A stretch of DNA of 64,000 nt from Sphingomonadales bacterium 28-55-16 (GCA_002278855.1 NCGG01000015.1:31685-95684); one strand, 5' to 3'; shown: positions 47,353 to 57,533, numbered from the stretch's first letter. The notes: generated from the letters alone by a model not told the origin. Numbers and translations are program-made.

Positions 47353-47370
47353 TTTAAGCGTGCAGTTAAG
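47353..47370. promoter_or_regulatory. Degenerate third copy of the operator in the caiB/TLP divergent spacer
   Basis: TTTAAGCGTGCAGTTAAG (TTAA-N8-TTAA spacing retained). Confidence 0.4.
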
Positions 47371-47389
47371 AGATAATCGGGAGTGGGTG

Positions 47390-48880
47390 ATGGGCAATTT
47401 TGATGCGAGCGCGCCAGTAATCATTGGCGTGGGTGAGGCCAGCCGGAAAACCGTCGCTGGCGAATGGCCAGCCCCGCGTGAACTGGCCGGTGCCGCTATT
47501 AAGGTTGCCCTTGCCGATACCGGACAAAGCGAGGGAGTGGCCGCCGCGATCGACACCATCGCGGCGATCCGCACCTTTGAGGATAGTGGCCTGAGCCTTG
47601 GCACAGGATCGCCGGATAATGCGCCGGAAGCTTTTGGCGCGGCAGGTGGGATCAGCGCGACGCGGCTAATCTACGCAGATGTCGGCGGACAAAGCCCGCA
47701 AGCGATGGTGAACGAACTGGCTGGTGATATCCGGCGTGGGGCTTGCGATATGGCGGTGTTGGTCGCGGCAGAAGCCACAGGCACTGCCAAACGCGCACGC
47801 AAGGCGGGCGTGACCTTGGACTGGAACCTGGCTTCAGACACTTCGTTCGACAATCGACTGTCGACTTTCCCGATATTGAGCCGCACCGAAATTCGCCATG
47901 GCATCATTTCGATGCCGCTTGCCTACAGCCTGATTGAAAATGCGCGGCGGATTGGCCTGGGGTTGGATAGCGCCGCATATGCGCAGGAGATGGCGGCGTT
48001 GTGGTCTGCCTTTTCTGCAAAAGCCGAAACACGGCTCCACGCGCAATTTCCCGGTTTTCGTTCACCTGAAGCCATGCAGAGCGACGACAATGCCAACTAT
48101 CCGCTGACGGATATCTACCGCCGCTGGCATGTGGCGCAGGACGCGGTGGATTTGGGCAGTGCAATCATCTTGACGAGCGCAGGCAAGGCGCGCGCACTGG
48201 GTGTGCCGCAAGACAAATGGGTCTGGCTTGCCGGCTCCGGCGAAGCGGCCGAGCCGCCCTTGTCCGAACGTGCGGTCATTCATCGTTCCGCCGCGCTTGA
48301 TTTTGCGGTTCCTGTGGCGCTGGATCAGGCGGGACTATCGCCGTCGGACCTTGGGCCAGTCGATATCTATAGCTGCTTCCCCTGTGCTGTCTTCGCTGCG
48401 GTCGACACCATGCATGACGCTGCGCGCGCGCTGGGTGATTATACGCTGACGGGCGGGCTCACTTTCTTCGGCGGTCCCGGCAATGGCTTTGCCATGTACA
48501 ATATCGCCGCGATGGTCGATGCGTTGCGGCAAGATGGTTCAAAACCTGCGATGGTCACCGCCAATGGTGGCGTGATGTCGAAGCAAGCGGTCGGCATTTA
48601 CACCGCAACGCAGCCGGTTGCTGCTTGGTCGGGTGAAGTTGCAAAGGGCTATGCGCCAAAACCGCTGGCAATGGATGATGCACCTAAGGGCAAGGCGCGG
48701 ATAGTCAGCTTTGTACGCCCAGCGGGCAAGGACGGCTTTGGCCCGGCAACGGTGCTACTGGAGCTCGAGCACGGCGCGCGGGCCATTGCAGTCATGGAAT
48801 GCCCGAACGATGCCGCGCTTGCGAATGCAATCGTTCACGTTACACCCGGGGAAAAGCGCCATATTGCGGCACTTATCTGA
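47390..48880 (+). CDS. Thiolase-like protein (TLP1 type, annotated as acetyl-CoA acetyltransferase) with extra C-terminal domain
   Basis: PVIIGVGE, GGQSPQ, DIYSCFP, TGGLTFFGGPGN, TANGGVMSKQ; real start 47390 (the track ORF's 5' extension overlaps caiB). Confidence 0.85.
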   Translation: MGNFDASAPVIIGVGEASRKTVAGEWPAPRELAGAAIKVALADTGQSEGVAAAIDTIAAIRTFEDSGLSLGTGSPDNAPEAFGAAGGISATRLIYADVGGQSPQAMVNELAGDIRRGACDMAVLVAAEATGTAKRARKAGVTLDWNLASDTSFDNRLSTFPILSRTEIRHGIISMPLAYSLIENARRIGLGLDSAAYAQEMAALWSAFSAKAETRLHAQFPGFRSPEAMQSDDNANYPLTDIYRRWHVAQDAVDLGSAIILTSAGKARALGVPQDKWVWLAGSGEAAEPPLSERAVIHRSAALDFAVPVALDQAGLSPSDLGPVDIYSCFPCAVFAAVDTMHDAARALGDYTLTGGLTFFGGPGNGFAMYNIAAMVDALRQDGSKPAMVTANGGVMSKQAVGIYTATQPVAAWSGEVAKGYAPKPLAMDDAPKGKARIVSFVRPAGKDGFGPATVLLELEHGARAIAVMECPNDAALANAIVHVTPGEKRHIAALI

Positions 48881-48940
48881 TCATCTACAGTTCATCCTTA
48901 CGCGCTTATGCTATGCCGCAGTACGCACTGGAGAAAAACG

Positions 48941-49366
48941 ATGCATATCCTGAAACTGGCTGCTTTTGCGCTTCCTCTCACACTTGTTGCTGCGTGCGGC
49001 GCAGTGGACAGCACGCCCGCGCCATTGACGGAGAAACAGTCGGCACTGTTGACGAAAGAATTGAACGGCAAAGTGGCGGGTGCGTCGATCAACTGTATCA
49101 GCGACTATAACGCCAACAACATCATCCGCGTCAGCGACAATATCCTGCTGTACCGCGTTTCAAGCCGCTTGGTGTATCGTAACAATCTGCGCTCTACCTG
49201 CTCTGGTCTTGCCCGCGACAATGACATCATCGTTTCCGAACAATTTGGCGGCCAGAAATGCCGTGGCGATATTATCCGCTTGATGGACCGGATCAGTGGT
49301 ATGACCGGCGGCGTCTGCAGCCTTGGCCAGTTCACCCCGTATCGCGCAGAAAAGACGGCGAATTAG
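48941..49366 (+). CDS. Small lipoprotein of unknown function (DUF6491-like)
   Basis: Lipobox LVAAC, four Cys (CIS, TC, KCRGD, CSLG), RBS GGAG. Confidence 0.7.
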   Translation: MHILKLAAFALPLTLVAACGAVDSTPAPLTEKQSALLTKELNGKVAGASINCISDYNANNIIRVSDNILLYRVSSRLVYRNNLRSTCSGLARDNDIIVSEQFGGQKCRGDIIRLMDRISGMTGGVCSLGQFTPYRAEKTAN

Positions 49367-49492
49367 CCGCGTTTTTCGCCCGACGTCTATCCCTGGGGCT
49401 AATCACATCTAAGGACAATGCTCCGCACTTGCGACTTCGCCTTTGGACTGGCAAAGGGACGCTTCCTAACGACGTTGAAAGCAAGATAGTCC

Positions 49493-51490
49493 ATGTCCGA
49501 GATGATCCGTGTCACCCTTCCCGATGGCTCTGCCCGTGAAGTTGCGCGTGGCACCACCCCAGCGGATATTGCCGCCGCGATTGGCCCCGGCCTTGCGAAA
49601 GCCGCGATTGCGGCGCGCGTCGATGGTGAATTACGCGACATCATGCGTCCGATTGAGGCTGATGCACAATTGGCATTGGTAACTGTACGGGATGAGGCGG
49701 ATGCTCTTGAACTCGCGCGCCATGACTTTGCGCATATCCTTGCCGAAGCGGTGCAGGCTCTTTTTCCCGGCACGCAAATCACTTTTGGCCCATCAACCGA
49801 TGACGGTTTTTATTATGACGTGATGGCACCCGTTTCGCGTGGTCCATTCACGATGGATGATTTGCCTGCAATTGAAGAGCAAATGCGCGCGATCATCCGC
49901 GCCGATAAACCGCTGCGCCGTGAAGTGATAGCGCGTGATGCGTTGATTGCGACGTGGCAGAATGCGGGTGAAAGCTTCAAGGCGGAATGGGCGGCTGAAT
50001 TGCCTGAGGGCGAAGAATTGTCGGTTTATTGGTCTGGCGATGACTGGATGGACATGTGCCGTGGGCCGCATCTGGCATCGACGGGAAAGCTTGATCCAGC
50101 GGCATTTCAATTGACACGCGTCGCCGGCGCTTATTGGCGCGGTGATCAGAAAAACCCACAATTAAGCCGCATTTACGGCACGGGTTGGCTGAACAAAAAG
50201 CAGCTGGATGCGCATTTGGTCCGGTTGGAAGAGGCCGCAAAGCGCGACCATCGTCGTCTGGGGCAGGACATGGATCTGTTCCATTTGCAACAAGAGGCGC
50301 ATGGTTCGGTATTCTGGCATCCCAATGGCTATCTGATTTGGCGTGAGCTGGAATCCTACATGCGCCGTGCCATTGACGGGGCTGGTTATAAGGAAGTCAA
50401 AACGCCGCAGGTCATGGACGCGCGGCAATGGGAGCAATCGGGACATTGGGGCAAATATCGCGCCAATATGTTCGTGATCCCTGACGAAGTGCCCAATGTC
50501 GATGACGAAGGCCCCGTGATTTCGGGTGACGCCGACTGGATGGCGCTGAAGCCCATGAATTGCCCAGCGCACGTCCTCATCTTCCGTCAGGGGATTAAGT
50601 CGTATCGCGATCTGCCGCTGCGTATTTACGAAAATGGCTGCTGTCACCGCAACGAACCACATGGCGCGTTGCATGGCCTGATGCGCGTGCGCCAATTTAC
50701 GCAAGATGATGCGCATATCTTCTGCCGCGAAGACCAGATTGTCGCAGAAGTTCAGGATTTCTGTGCGCTTGCAGACCGAGTCTACAAGGAATTTGGCTTT
50801 ACCTATTCGATCAAGCTCGCTTTGCGGCCCGACCAACGCTTCGGTTCGGACGCCGATTGGGACAAGGCCGAAAACGAGCTGCGTGATGCGGTGGTCCGCG
50901 CTGGCCTTGCGACCGAAGAATTTGGTTGGGAAGAACTGCCCGGGGAAGGTGCCTTCTATGCGCCAAAGCTGGAATGGCATTTAACCGATGCGATTGGCCG
51001 GACGTGGCAAGTCGGCACCATTCAATCCGACCGCGTGCTGCCTGAGCGTTTGGACGCAAGCTATGTCGGCGAAGATGGCGCGCGCCATCGGCCAGTCATG
51101 TTGCACCGCGCGATTTTCGGCAGCTATGAACGCTTCATCGGTATCTTGATTGAGCATTATGCTGGGCGCTTCCCCGTCTGGCTTGCGCCCGTACAGGCCG
51201 TGGTCGCAACGATCACGTCCGAGGCCGATGGCTATGCGCATGATGTGACCGCGAAGCTAAAGGCGGCGGGTATTCGCGTCGAGGCCGACACGCGCAACGA
51301 GAAGATTAACTATAAGGTGCGCGAGCATAGCGTCGCCAAGGTGCCGCATTTGTTGGTCGTCGGTATGCGTGAGGCCGAGGAGGGCAAAGTCGCGATCCGA
51401 AGCCTTGGCTCCGATGGCCAGCGCATCATGACGCTTGAAGAGGCGATTACGATGCTGTCGCATGAGGCAACACCGCCCGATATCCGCTAA
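49493..51490 (+). CDS. thrS: Threonine--tRNA ligase
   Basis: TGS domain, DMCRGPH, KRDHRRLG, KPMNCP, GEGAFYAPKLE, HRAIFGSYERF. Confidence 0.98.
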   Translation: MSEMIRVTLPDGSAREVARGTTPADIAAAIGPGLAKAAIAARVDGELRDIMRPIEADAQLALVTVRDEADALELARHDFAHILAEAVQALFPGTQITFGPSTDDGFYYDVMAPVSRGPFTMDDLPAIEEQMRAIIRADKPLRREVIARDALIATWQNAGESFKAEWAAELPEGEELSVYWSGDDWMDMCRGPHLASTGKLDPAAFQLTRVAGAYWRGDQKNPQLSRIYGTGWLNKKQLDAHLVRLEEAAKRDHRRLGQDMDLFHLQQEAHGSVFWHPNGYLIWRELESYMRRAIDGAGYKEVKTPQVMDARQWEQSGHWGKYRANMFVIPDEVPNVDDEGPVISGDADWMALKPMNCPAHVLIFRQGIKSYRDLPLRIYENGCCHRNEPHGALHGLMRVRQFTQDDAHIFCREDQIVAEVQDFCALADRVYKEFGFTYSIKLALRPDQRFGSDADWDKAENELRDAVVRAGLATEEFGWEELPGEGAFYAPKLEWHLTDAIGRTWQVGTIQSDRVLPERLDASYVGEDGARHRPVMLHRAIFGSYERFIGILIEHYAGRFPVWLAPVQAVVATITSEADGYAHDVTAKLKAAGIRVEADTRNEKINYKVREHSVAKVPHLLVVGMREAEEGKVAIRSLGSDGQRIMTLEEAITMLSHEATPPDIR

Positions 51491-51520
51491 GCCCGATGCG
51501 CGTCCCTTAAGGAGAATGTC

Positions 51521-51925
51521 ATGAAAACGCTTCCATTAACGCTCGCTGCGATATTGCTGCTCGCGGCGTGCCAGCAACCAGCGACGGAACAAACCGCTGA
51601 GATGCCAGATGCCACCGCCAGCTACAACGCTGCGCAAAAGGCCTATAAGGCCGCCAATGACAAGATGCATGCGGGCATGGGGATGATTGATGCCGACGCC
51701 GATGTCGCATTCATGCAGGCAATGATCCCGCATCATGCTGGTGCCGTTGACATGGCTAAGGTTGCGCTTGAGCATGGTAAGGACCCCGAAGTTCGCGCGC
51801 TCGCGCAAAAAGTCATCGCTGCGCAAGAGGCCGAAATAACGCAAATGCAAGCTTGGCTCGACAAAAAGGGCGTGCAGGCAGACAAGCCAATGACTGCGGC
51901 TGACCACGCGGCGATGGGGCACTGA
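51521..51925 (+). CDS. DUF305/CopM-like metal-binding lipoprotein
   Basis: Lipobox [31 protein letters not shown], Met/His-rich. Confidence 0.88.
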   Translation: MKTLPLTLAAILLLAACQQPATEQTAEMPDATASYNAAQKAYKAANDKMHAGMGMIDADADVAFMQAMIPHHAGAVDMAKVALEHGKDPEVRALAQKVIAAQEAEITQMQAWLDKKGVQADKPMTAADHAAMGH

Positions 51926-51936
51926 ACATTCACGGC

Positions 51937-52677
51937 TTGATTGGAATTTCGTCGACGCAATTGTTGCTGTTGGCGGCAGTGACCTTTGGCGCTGCCTATA
52001 TTCGCGGGCTAACCGGCTTTGGCATGGCGATCATTCTGGTGCCGTTGTTCGGCTTGATTGTGAAACCGGGCGAGGCGGTGGTCATCGCTATATTGCTGCA
52101 GGTCCTTATTGGGCCGGTAGGGCTTAAGGTTATCTTGGCTGATGCGCATAGGCACAGCGCTTTCTTGATTGCGGCATTTGCCGTTTTGGCAACGCCGCTT
52201 GGGATCGTCTTGCTGATGCAGACTACGCCAGATGTTGCGCGGGTCATGATTGCAGTGATCGCAATTGCGGCGTTTTTGCTTGTGCTTCTGCCGCAACGTG
52301 GCGCGCTGCGTCCTGGAACCAAGGAAACGGCATTGACGGGCATTGCGGCCGGCATTTTGACGGGTTTTGCTGCGATGCCGGGGCCGCCTGTCGTCCCCTT
52401 TTATCTGCGTCAGCCGATCCCACCGAAAGAGGCACGCGCATCCATGATGTTGGTGTTTTTCGCCACCGCGATTGCGGGTACGATTTCGGCATTTGTACTT
52501 GGACTGGCGAACGGACGGCTGATGTGGCTTTCGCTTCTGCTGTTTCCATCCGTGCTGCTGGGCAATTGGCTTGGCGCCAAATCCTTTGGCAAAGTCCCGC
52601 CTGCAGTGTGGCGCAGTTGCGTTGCGGGTATCCTTGGCCTTGCGGGCATCTCAGCGGTTGTTCGGTTGCTGAGTTAA
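51937..52677 (+). CDS. Sulfite exporter TauE/SafE family
   Basis: AAYIRGLTGFG, GFAAMPGPP, multiple TMs. Confidence 0.88.
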   Translation: MIGISSTQLLLLAAVTFGAAYIRGLTGFGMAIILVPLFGLIVKPGEAVVIAILLQVLIGPVGLKVILADAHRHSAFLIAAFAVLATPLGIVLLMQTTPDVARVMIAVIAIAAFLLVLLPQRGALRPGTKETALTGIAAGILTGFAAMPGPPVVPFYLRQPIPPKEARASMMLVFFATAIAGTISAFVLGLANGRLMWLSLLLFPSVLLGNWLGAKSFGKVPPAVWRSCVAGILGLAGISAVVRLLS

Positions 52678-52693
52678 AGCCGCAGGATAAAGC

Positions 52694-54880
52694 TTATTTC
52701 CCGAATTTCCGCTGCGTTTTGCCATAACGCATTTTGCGCGTGCCCGGCTGGCCTTCGGTCGCGCGGCCTTTAGGTGCAGCGACATGTTGCTGGTGAGGGA
52801 GACCAAGCTCGGTGGCCTCCAGCGAACGGATTTCGTCGCGCAGACGGCCTGCCTCTTCGAATTCTAGATCGGCGGCAGCCGCGCGCATCTTCTTTTCCAG
52901 ATCTTCAATATAGGCCCGCAAATTATGCCCGACGAGGTTGTTGGCGCCATCGGCGTCAATGTCGACCAGAACGGAATCCCGGCTGGCGGTGTCTGCGACG
53001 ATATCGTGAATGTCGCGCTTAATCGTTGCCGGGGTGATATTATGTTCGACATTATATGCATGCTGCTTTTCGCGGCGGCGGTCGGTTTCGCGGATGGCGC
53101 GCTCCATGCTTCCAGTCATGCGGTCGGCATAGAGGATCACGCGGCCTTCAACGTTGCGCGCGGCGCGGCCGATGGTTTGGATCAAAGACGTTTCGCTGCG
53201 CAGAAACCCTTCTTTATCGGCGTCCAATATGGCCACCAACCCGCATTCGGGAATATCCAAACCCTCACGCAGCAAGTTGATGCCGACAAGCACGTCATAG
53301 ACGCCGCGTCGTAAATCGCGGATAAGTTCGATACGCTCCAGCGTTTCGACATCGCTGTGCATGTACCGCACCCGAAGCCCCGCTTCATGCATGAACTCAG
53401 TCAAATCCTCGGCCATGCGTTTGGTCAGTGTGGTGACAAGCGTGCGGAAACCAGCTTCGGCCGTTTTGCGGCATTCGTTGATGCAATCCTGCACCTGATC
53501 TTCCACCGGCTTAATTTCGACTGGTGGATCAATCAGGCCAGTCGGACGAATAACCTGCTCTGCAAAGACGCCGCCGGATTGCTCCATTTCCCACCCGCCG
53601 GGCGTTGCGGAAACGCACACCGTTTGCGGGCGCATAATGTCCCATTCGTTAAAGCGCAGCGGCCGATTGTCGATGCACGAGGGCAAACGAAAACCATATT
53701 CGGCTAGCGTAAGCTTGCGCCTATGGTCGCCCTTGGCCATCGCGCCAATCTGCGGCACTGTTTGGTGGCTTTCATCGACGAACAGCAATGCATTGTCGGG
53801 CAAATATTCAAACAGCGTTGGCGGCGGCTCACCGGGCAAGCGGCCAGTCAGAAAGCGGGAGTAATTTTCGATACCTGCGCATGATCCCGTTGCGGCAATC
53901 ATCTCAAGATCGAAATTGGTGCGCTCTTCCAACCGCTGTGCCTCAAGTAATTTACCTTCGGACACCAATTCTTTCAACCGCTCGGTCAGCTCAAAACGGA
54001 TCGCTTCGCTGGCTTGTTTCATCGTCGGGCCGGGGGTCACATAATGGCTATTGGCGTACACCCGCACGCTGTTCAGCTTTGCACCGCTATGGCCCGTCAG
54101 TGGATCGAATTCGACGATTTCTTCAATCTCGTCGCCAAAGAAACTGACGCGCCAAGCCGTATCTTCATAATGCGAAGGGAAGATTTCCAGATTGTCCCCG
54201 CGCACGCGGAAATTGCCGCGGGCAAAGGCCATGTCGTTACGCTTATACTGCAGCGCGACGAGCTTGCGGATCAACTCGCGCTGATCAACGCATTCCCCCT
54301 TTTTCAGGTCGAAGATCATTGCGGAATAGGTTTCGACCGACCCGATGCCGTAAATGCACGACACCGACGCGACGATGATGACGTCATCACGTTCGAGTAA
54401 GGACCGGGTCGCCGAATGGCGCATCCGGTCAATCGCCTCGTTTACGCTCGATTCTTTTTCGATGTAGGTATCGCTGCGCGGGACATACGCCTCGGGCTGA
54501 TAATAATCATAATAAGAAACGAAATATTCGACCGCATTGTCGGGAAAAAAGCTTTTGAATTCGCCGTAAAGCTGGGCTGCCAAAATTTTGTTTGGCGCCA
54601 AAATAAGCGCGGGGCGCTGCAGTTTTTCGATGACCTGCGCGACGGTGAAGGTTTTGCCTGACCCGGTTACACCCAATAAAACCTGATTTTTCTCACCCGT
54701 TAAAGCGGTCTCAACCAGCTCACGGATCGCCGTTGGCTGGTCGCCCGCAGGCGCGTAATCGGAAACGATCTTAAATGGCCTGCCGCCCTCCAACTTGGAT
54801 GGGCGCACAGGGCGATGCGGAGTGAAGCTGCCAACCGTGTCCGGTTCTTCCAGTCCACGGCGAATGATAAGATCGGCCAT
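52694..54880 (-). CDS. uvrB: Excinuclease ABC subunit B
   Basis: [38 protein letters not shown] domain; start 54880 or 54889. Confidence 0.98.
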   Translation of the reverse strand: MADLIIRRGLEEPDTVGSFTPHRPVRPSKLEGGRPFKIVSDYAPAGDQPTAIRELVETALTGEKNQVLLGVTGSGKTFTVAQVIEKLQRPALILAPNKILAAQLYGEFKSFFPDNAVEYFVSYYDYYQPEAYVPRSDTYIEKESSVNEAIDRMRHSATRSLLERDDVIIVASVSCIYGIGSVETYSAMIFDLKKGECVDQRELIRKLVALQYKRNDMAFARGNFRVRGDNLEIFPSHYEDTAWRVSFFGDEIEEIVEFDPLTGHSGAKLNSVRVYANSHYVTPGPTMKQASEAIRFELTERLKELVSEGKLLEAQRLEERTNFDLEMIAATGSCAGIENYSRFLTGRLPGEPPPTLFEYLPDNALLFVDESHQTVPQIGAMAKGDHRRKLTLAEYGFRLPSCIDNRPLRFNEWDIMRPQTVCVSATPGGWEMEQSGGVFAEQVIRPTGLIDPPVEIKPVEDQVQDCINECRKTAEAGFRTLVTTLTKRMAEDLTEFMHEAGLRVRYMHSDVETLERIELIRDLRRGVYDVLVGINLLREGLDIPECGLVAILDADKEGFLRSETSLIQTIGRAARNVEGRVILYADRMTGSMERAIRETDRRREKQHAYNVEHNITPATIKRDIHDIVADTASRDSVLVDIDADGANNLVGHNLRAYIEDLEKKMRAAAADLEFEEAGRLRDEIRSLEATELGLPHQQHVAAPKGRATEGQPGTRKMRYGKTQRKFGK

Positions 54881-55197
54881 GTTCTGCATATGTGCCCTAG
54901 GCGGCGGAAGGGCAAGGGCTGTCCGGTGAATGTCCGGTTTCGATGCAGTTTTACTTTCCTACATGGCGGCAATTTGTTCAACGCATTGTTATGAAATCAA
55001 ACCTTAAATAAACTATTTTAGCCTGTCTGGGCCTATCATGGAGCAACGGGGTCTGTTGCGGGGTTATGTGCGGTAACGCGCATTGCTTTAGCCGAGACCT
55101 TAATGTGACTTTAGCGGTCGGGCCGTTTATCGATGTTGCGTTTTGGGATATGCAGCGACACAAGAAGATAATTACACATTAGCGAGAGGGTACATCC

Positions 55198-55740
55198 ATG
55201 CACAAATTCTTCCTTATCAGCGCCGCGGCGCTGGCGTTATCTGCTTGTTCCGACAAGGGCGCGGACGCGGACGGCAACGGTAAAATCAGCAATGCCGAAG
55301 CGACAACGGAAATGGCAAAGGGTGGCGCTATGGCGATGAAGCCTGGCCTTTGGGAAGCGCAAAGCAAATATGACAAGATAGAGGCCCCCGCTATGCCCGC
55401 CGAAATGCAGGCAAAGATGAAGGCTCAGATGGCCGAGGGCATGGCGCAGCGCAGCTGCCTTACGAAGGCGCAGGTTGAAAAGCCCGGGCTGGAATTTTTT
55501 GGCGCGCCGCCGGAAGCCAATTGCACCTTTGACGCGCTTGACCGTTCCGCCGATGGCGTGAAGATGGCCATGACCTGCAAGCCAACCGGACCGATCATTT
55601 TGAAAAGCAAGATTGAAGGCAAATTTGCCGCCGAAACCTACACGCTCAATGTCGAGCAGAGCACCGAAGGCACGCCCATGGGCGCTGTCAAAATGACAGG
55701 TAAGATAACCGGTAAACGGATCGGGGATTGCCCGACATGA
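55198..55740 (+). CDS. DUF3617-like lipoprotein with N-terminal EF-hand loop
   Basis: Lipobox LSAC, DADGNGKISNAE, MKPGLWE, CLT...C...C...C. Confidence 0.82.
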   Translation: MHKFFLISAAALALSACSDKGADADGNGKISNAEATTEMAKGGAMAMKPGLWEAQSKYDKIEAPAMPAEMQAKMKAQMAEGMAQRSCLTKAQVEKPGLEFFGAPPEANCTFDALDRSADGVKMAMTCKPTGPIILKSKIEGKFAAETYTLNVEQSTEGTPMGAVKMTGKITGKRIGDCPT

Positions 55741-56294
55741 CCGCTGGCTTTTTGAAAAGTGCAGCATCCGTGATCGCGTTGCTTCTTATCACCGGATGCG
55801 CCGACAACAGCGCGGACAAGGACGGCAATGGCGTAATCGACAGTAAAGAGCGCGCAGCGGAAATGGATTATGACGCCTTCATCCCCATGAAGGCAGGGCT
55901 TTGGGAAACCAAATTTGTTTTTGACGACATCAATGTGCCGACCTTAGGCAAGGCCCAAAAGCAGCAAATCATGAATGAGGTTGCCAAAAGCGCGTCAAGC
56001 CAGAGCTGCCTCACCGAACGCGAGGCCAAAAAGCCAGGTGCAGATTTCTTCGGCGGTGATGGCGCGGAAAAATGCGTCTATAAGGCGTTCGATGTGTCTG
56101 GGCAGAATGTAAATATGAAATTGTCCTGCACCATGGAAGGCATGGGTAGCGTCCACATGAAGCTGGCTGGCGTCATGGGGGAAACCGAATTCAATTATGA
56201 AAGCGCGGTGGATGTTCGCTTGCCCATCGTTGGGACTGTGGCAATGCAGGGCAAGGCAACGGGCAAATATCTAGGTGCATGCCCCGCGTCATGA
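55737..56294 (+). CDS. DUF3617-like lipoprotein, second paralogue, with EF-hand loop
   Basis: Lipobox ITGC, DKDGNGVIDSKE, MKAGLWE, CLTE; ATGA-coupled. Confidence 0.82.
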   Translation: MTAGFLKSAASVIALLLITGCADNSADKDGNGVIDSKERAAEMDYDAFIPMKAGLWETKFVFDDINVPTLGKAQKQQIMNEVAKSASSQSCLTEREAKKPGADFFGGDGAEKCVYKAFDVSGQNVNMKLSCTMEGMGSVHMKLAGVMGETEFNYESAVDVRLPIVGTVAMQGKATGKYLGACPAS

Positions 56295-57451
56295 TTGGTT
56301 GGCGTGGCCAATGCATTGCCGCCGCGGCGGTTGCGGCCATGCTGGTATCAGGATGCGCGTCCTCCAATGGACTCAATAACACGGCGCCTGCGGTCGCCAA
56401 AGTCAAACCAGCACGCGTGATGGTCAACTTTACCGTGGACAGTATTACCCCGGCAACGGTCGCGGGCGATGCTGGCGTTGCGGGTCGTCCAGTCACGATA
56501 GATGATCCGGCGCGCGTTGCGTCTATTTCAAAGCTTGTGGTGGCGATTGCCGTTATGCGGTTGGTAGAGCAAGGCAAGCTTGGTCTGGACCGCGATATAA
56601 GCGACTATCTCGGGTGGAAAGTGCGCAACCCTGCTTTTCCGGATGTGCCGATTACGCTGCGTGCGTTGCTGTCGCACCAAAGCGGGTTGCGCGACGGGGT
56701 GGATTATATCGTCCCGCTCGATGGCAGCTTGCAGGCTGTGCTTCTTAACCCACAGGCGTGGGATATGGGCCATCCGCCCGGGACATATTTCGCATATGCT
56801 AACATCAATTCGCCCCTGATCGCGTCCGTCATGGAAAGTGCGACGGGGGAACGCTTCGACCGTTTGATGGCGCAATTGGTACTCACGCCGCTTGGGCTTG
56901 ATGCGTGCTACAATTGGGGCGCTGGGTGCAGTGACGGGCGGCGGACACACGCCGTGACCCTGTTGCGACCGAATGGTGACCTTGCGCGTGATGCCGCGAT
57001 GACGGGCCCTGATCCATGCGCGGTCTACGCCGCAAGTGACGGCAGTTGTGACATTGATAAAATGTACAAGCTCGGCCGCAATGGCTCGGCGTTCAGCCCG
57101 CAGGGCGGCTTGCGCATTTCCGCGCACGACTTGAGCAGAATTGGTCAATTGCTGCTGCGCAAAGGTGCGCCCTTATTGTCGCCCAAAAGCTTTGCAAATA
57201 TGATCGGCCCTGTCTGGACATTTGACGGCAAAAATGGCGATGATGATAAAGGCTATTTCACGGCATATGGCCTTGGCGTGCACTGGTTGGTGGACAAAAA
57301 GGGACGGCAATGGTTCGGTCATGTGGGGGAAGCATATTCGCTTCGGGCCGGATTCTGGATCAACCCCGACGAACAGCGCGGATTTTATCGGTATGTGACG
57401 ATGGTTGATGAATTCTCAATAGTTGGCCATTGCTTTGACCGGTGCCCGTGA
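56291..57451 (+). CDS. Serine hydrolase (beta-lactamase/AmpC-like family) lipoprotein
   Basis: Lipobox VSGC, ASISK (SxxK), YAN (YxN), GHVG; ATGA-coupled. Confidence 0.88.
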   Translation: MIGWRGQCIAAAAVAAMLVSGCASSNGLNNTAPAVAKVKPARVMVNFTVDSITPATVAGDAGVAGRPVTIDDPARVASISKLVVAIAVMRLVEQGKLGLDRDISDYLGWKVRNPAFPDVPITLRALLSHQSGLRDGVDYIVPLDGSLQAVLLNPQAWDMGHPPGTYFAYANINSPLIASVMESATGERFDRLMAQLVLTPLGLDACYNWGAGCSDGRRTHAVTLLRPNGDLARDAAMTGPDPCAVYAASDGSCDIDKMYKLGRNGSAFSPQGGLRISAHDLSRIGQLLLRKGAPLLSPKSFANMIGPVWTFDGKNGDDDKGYFTAYGLGVHWLVDKKGRQWFGHVGEAYSLRAGFWINPDEQRGFYRYVTMVDEFSIVGHCFDRCP

Positions 57452-57533
57452 TAGCGTGAAACTGAGATCACCGGAATGACGGGCTATGGTGCGACAATAC
57501 AGCGCTATATGCAGATAAAAGGGGGAGTATATT

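Noticed and set aside
46676-47389. 5' extension making the thiolase-like ORF 734 aa (apparent fusion)
   Set aside because: The extension is antisense to the CaiB gene; the recognisable protein starts at ATG 47390
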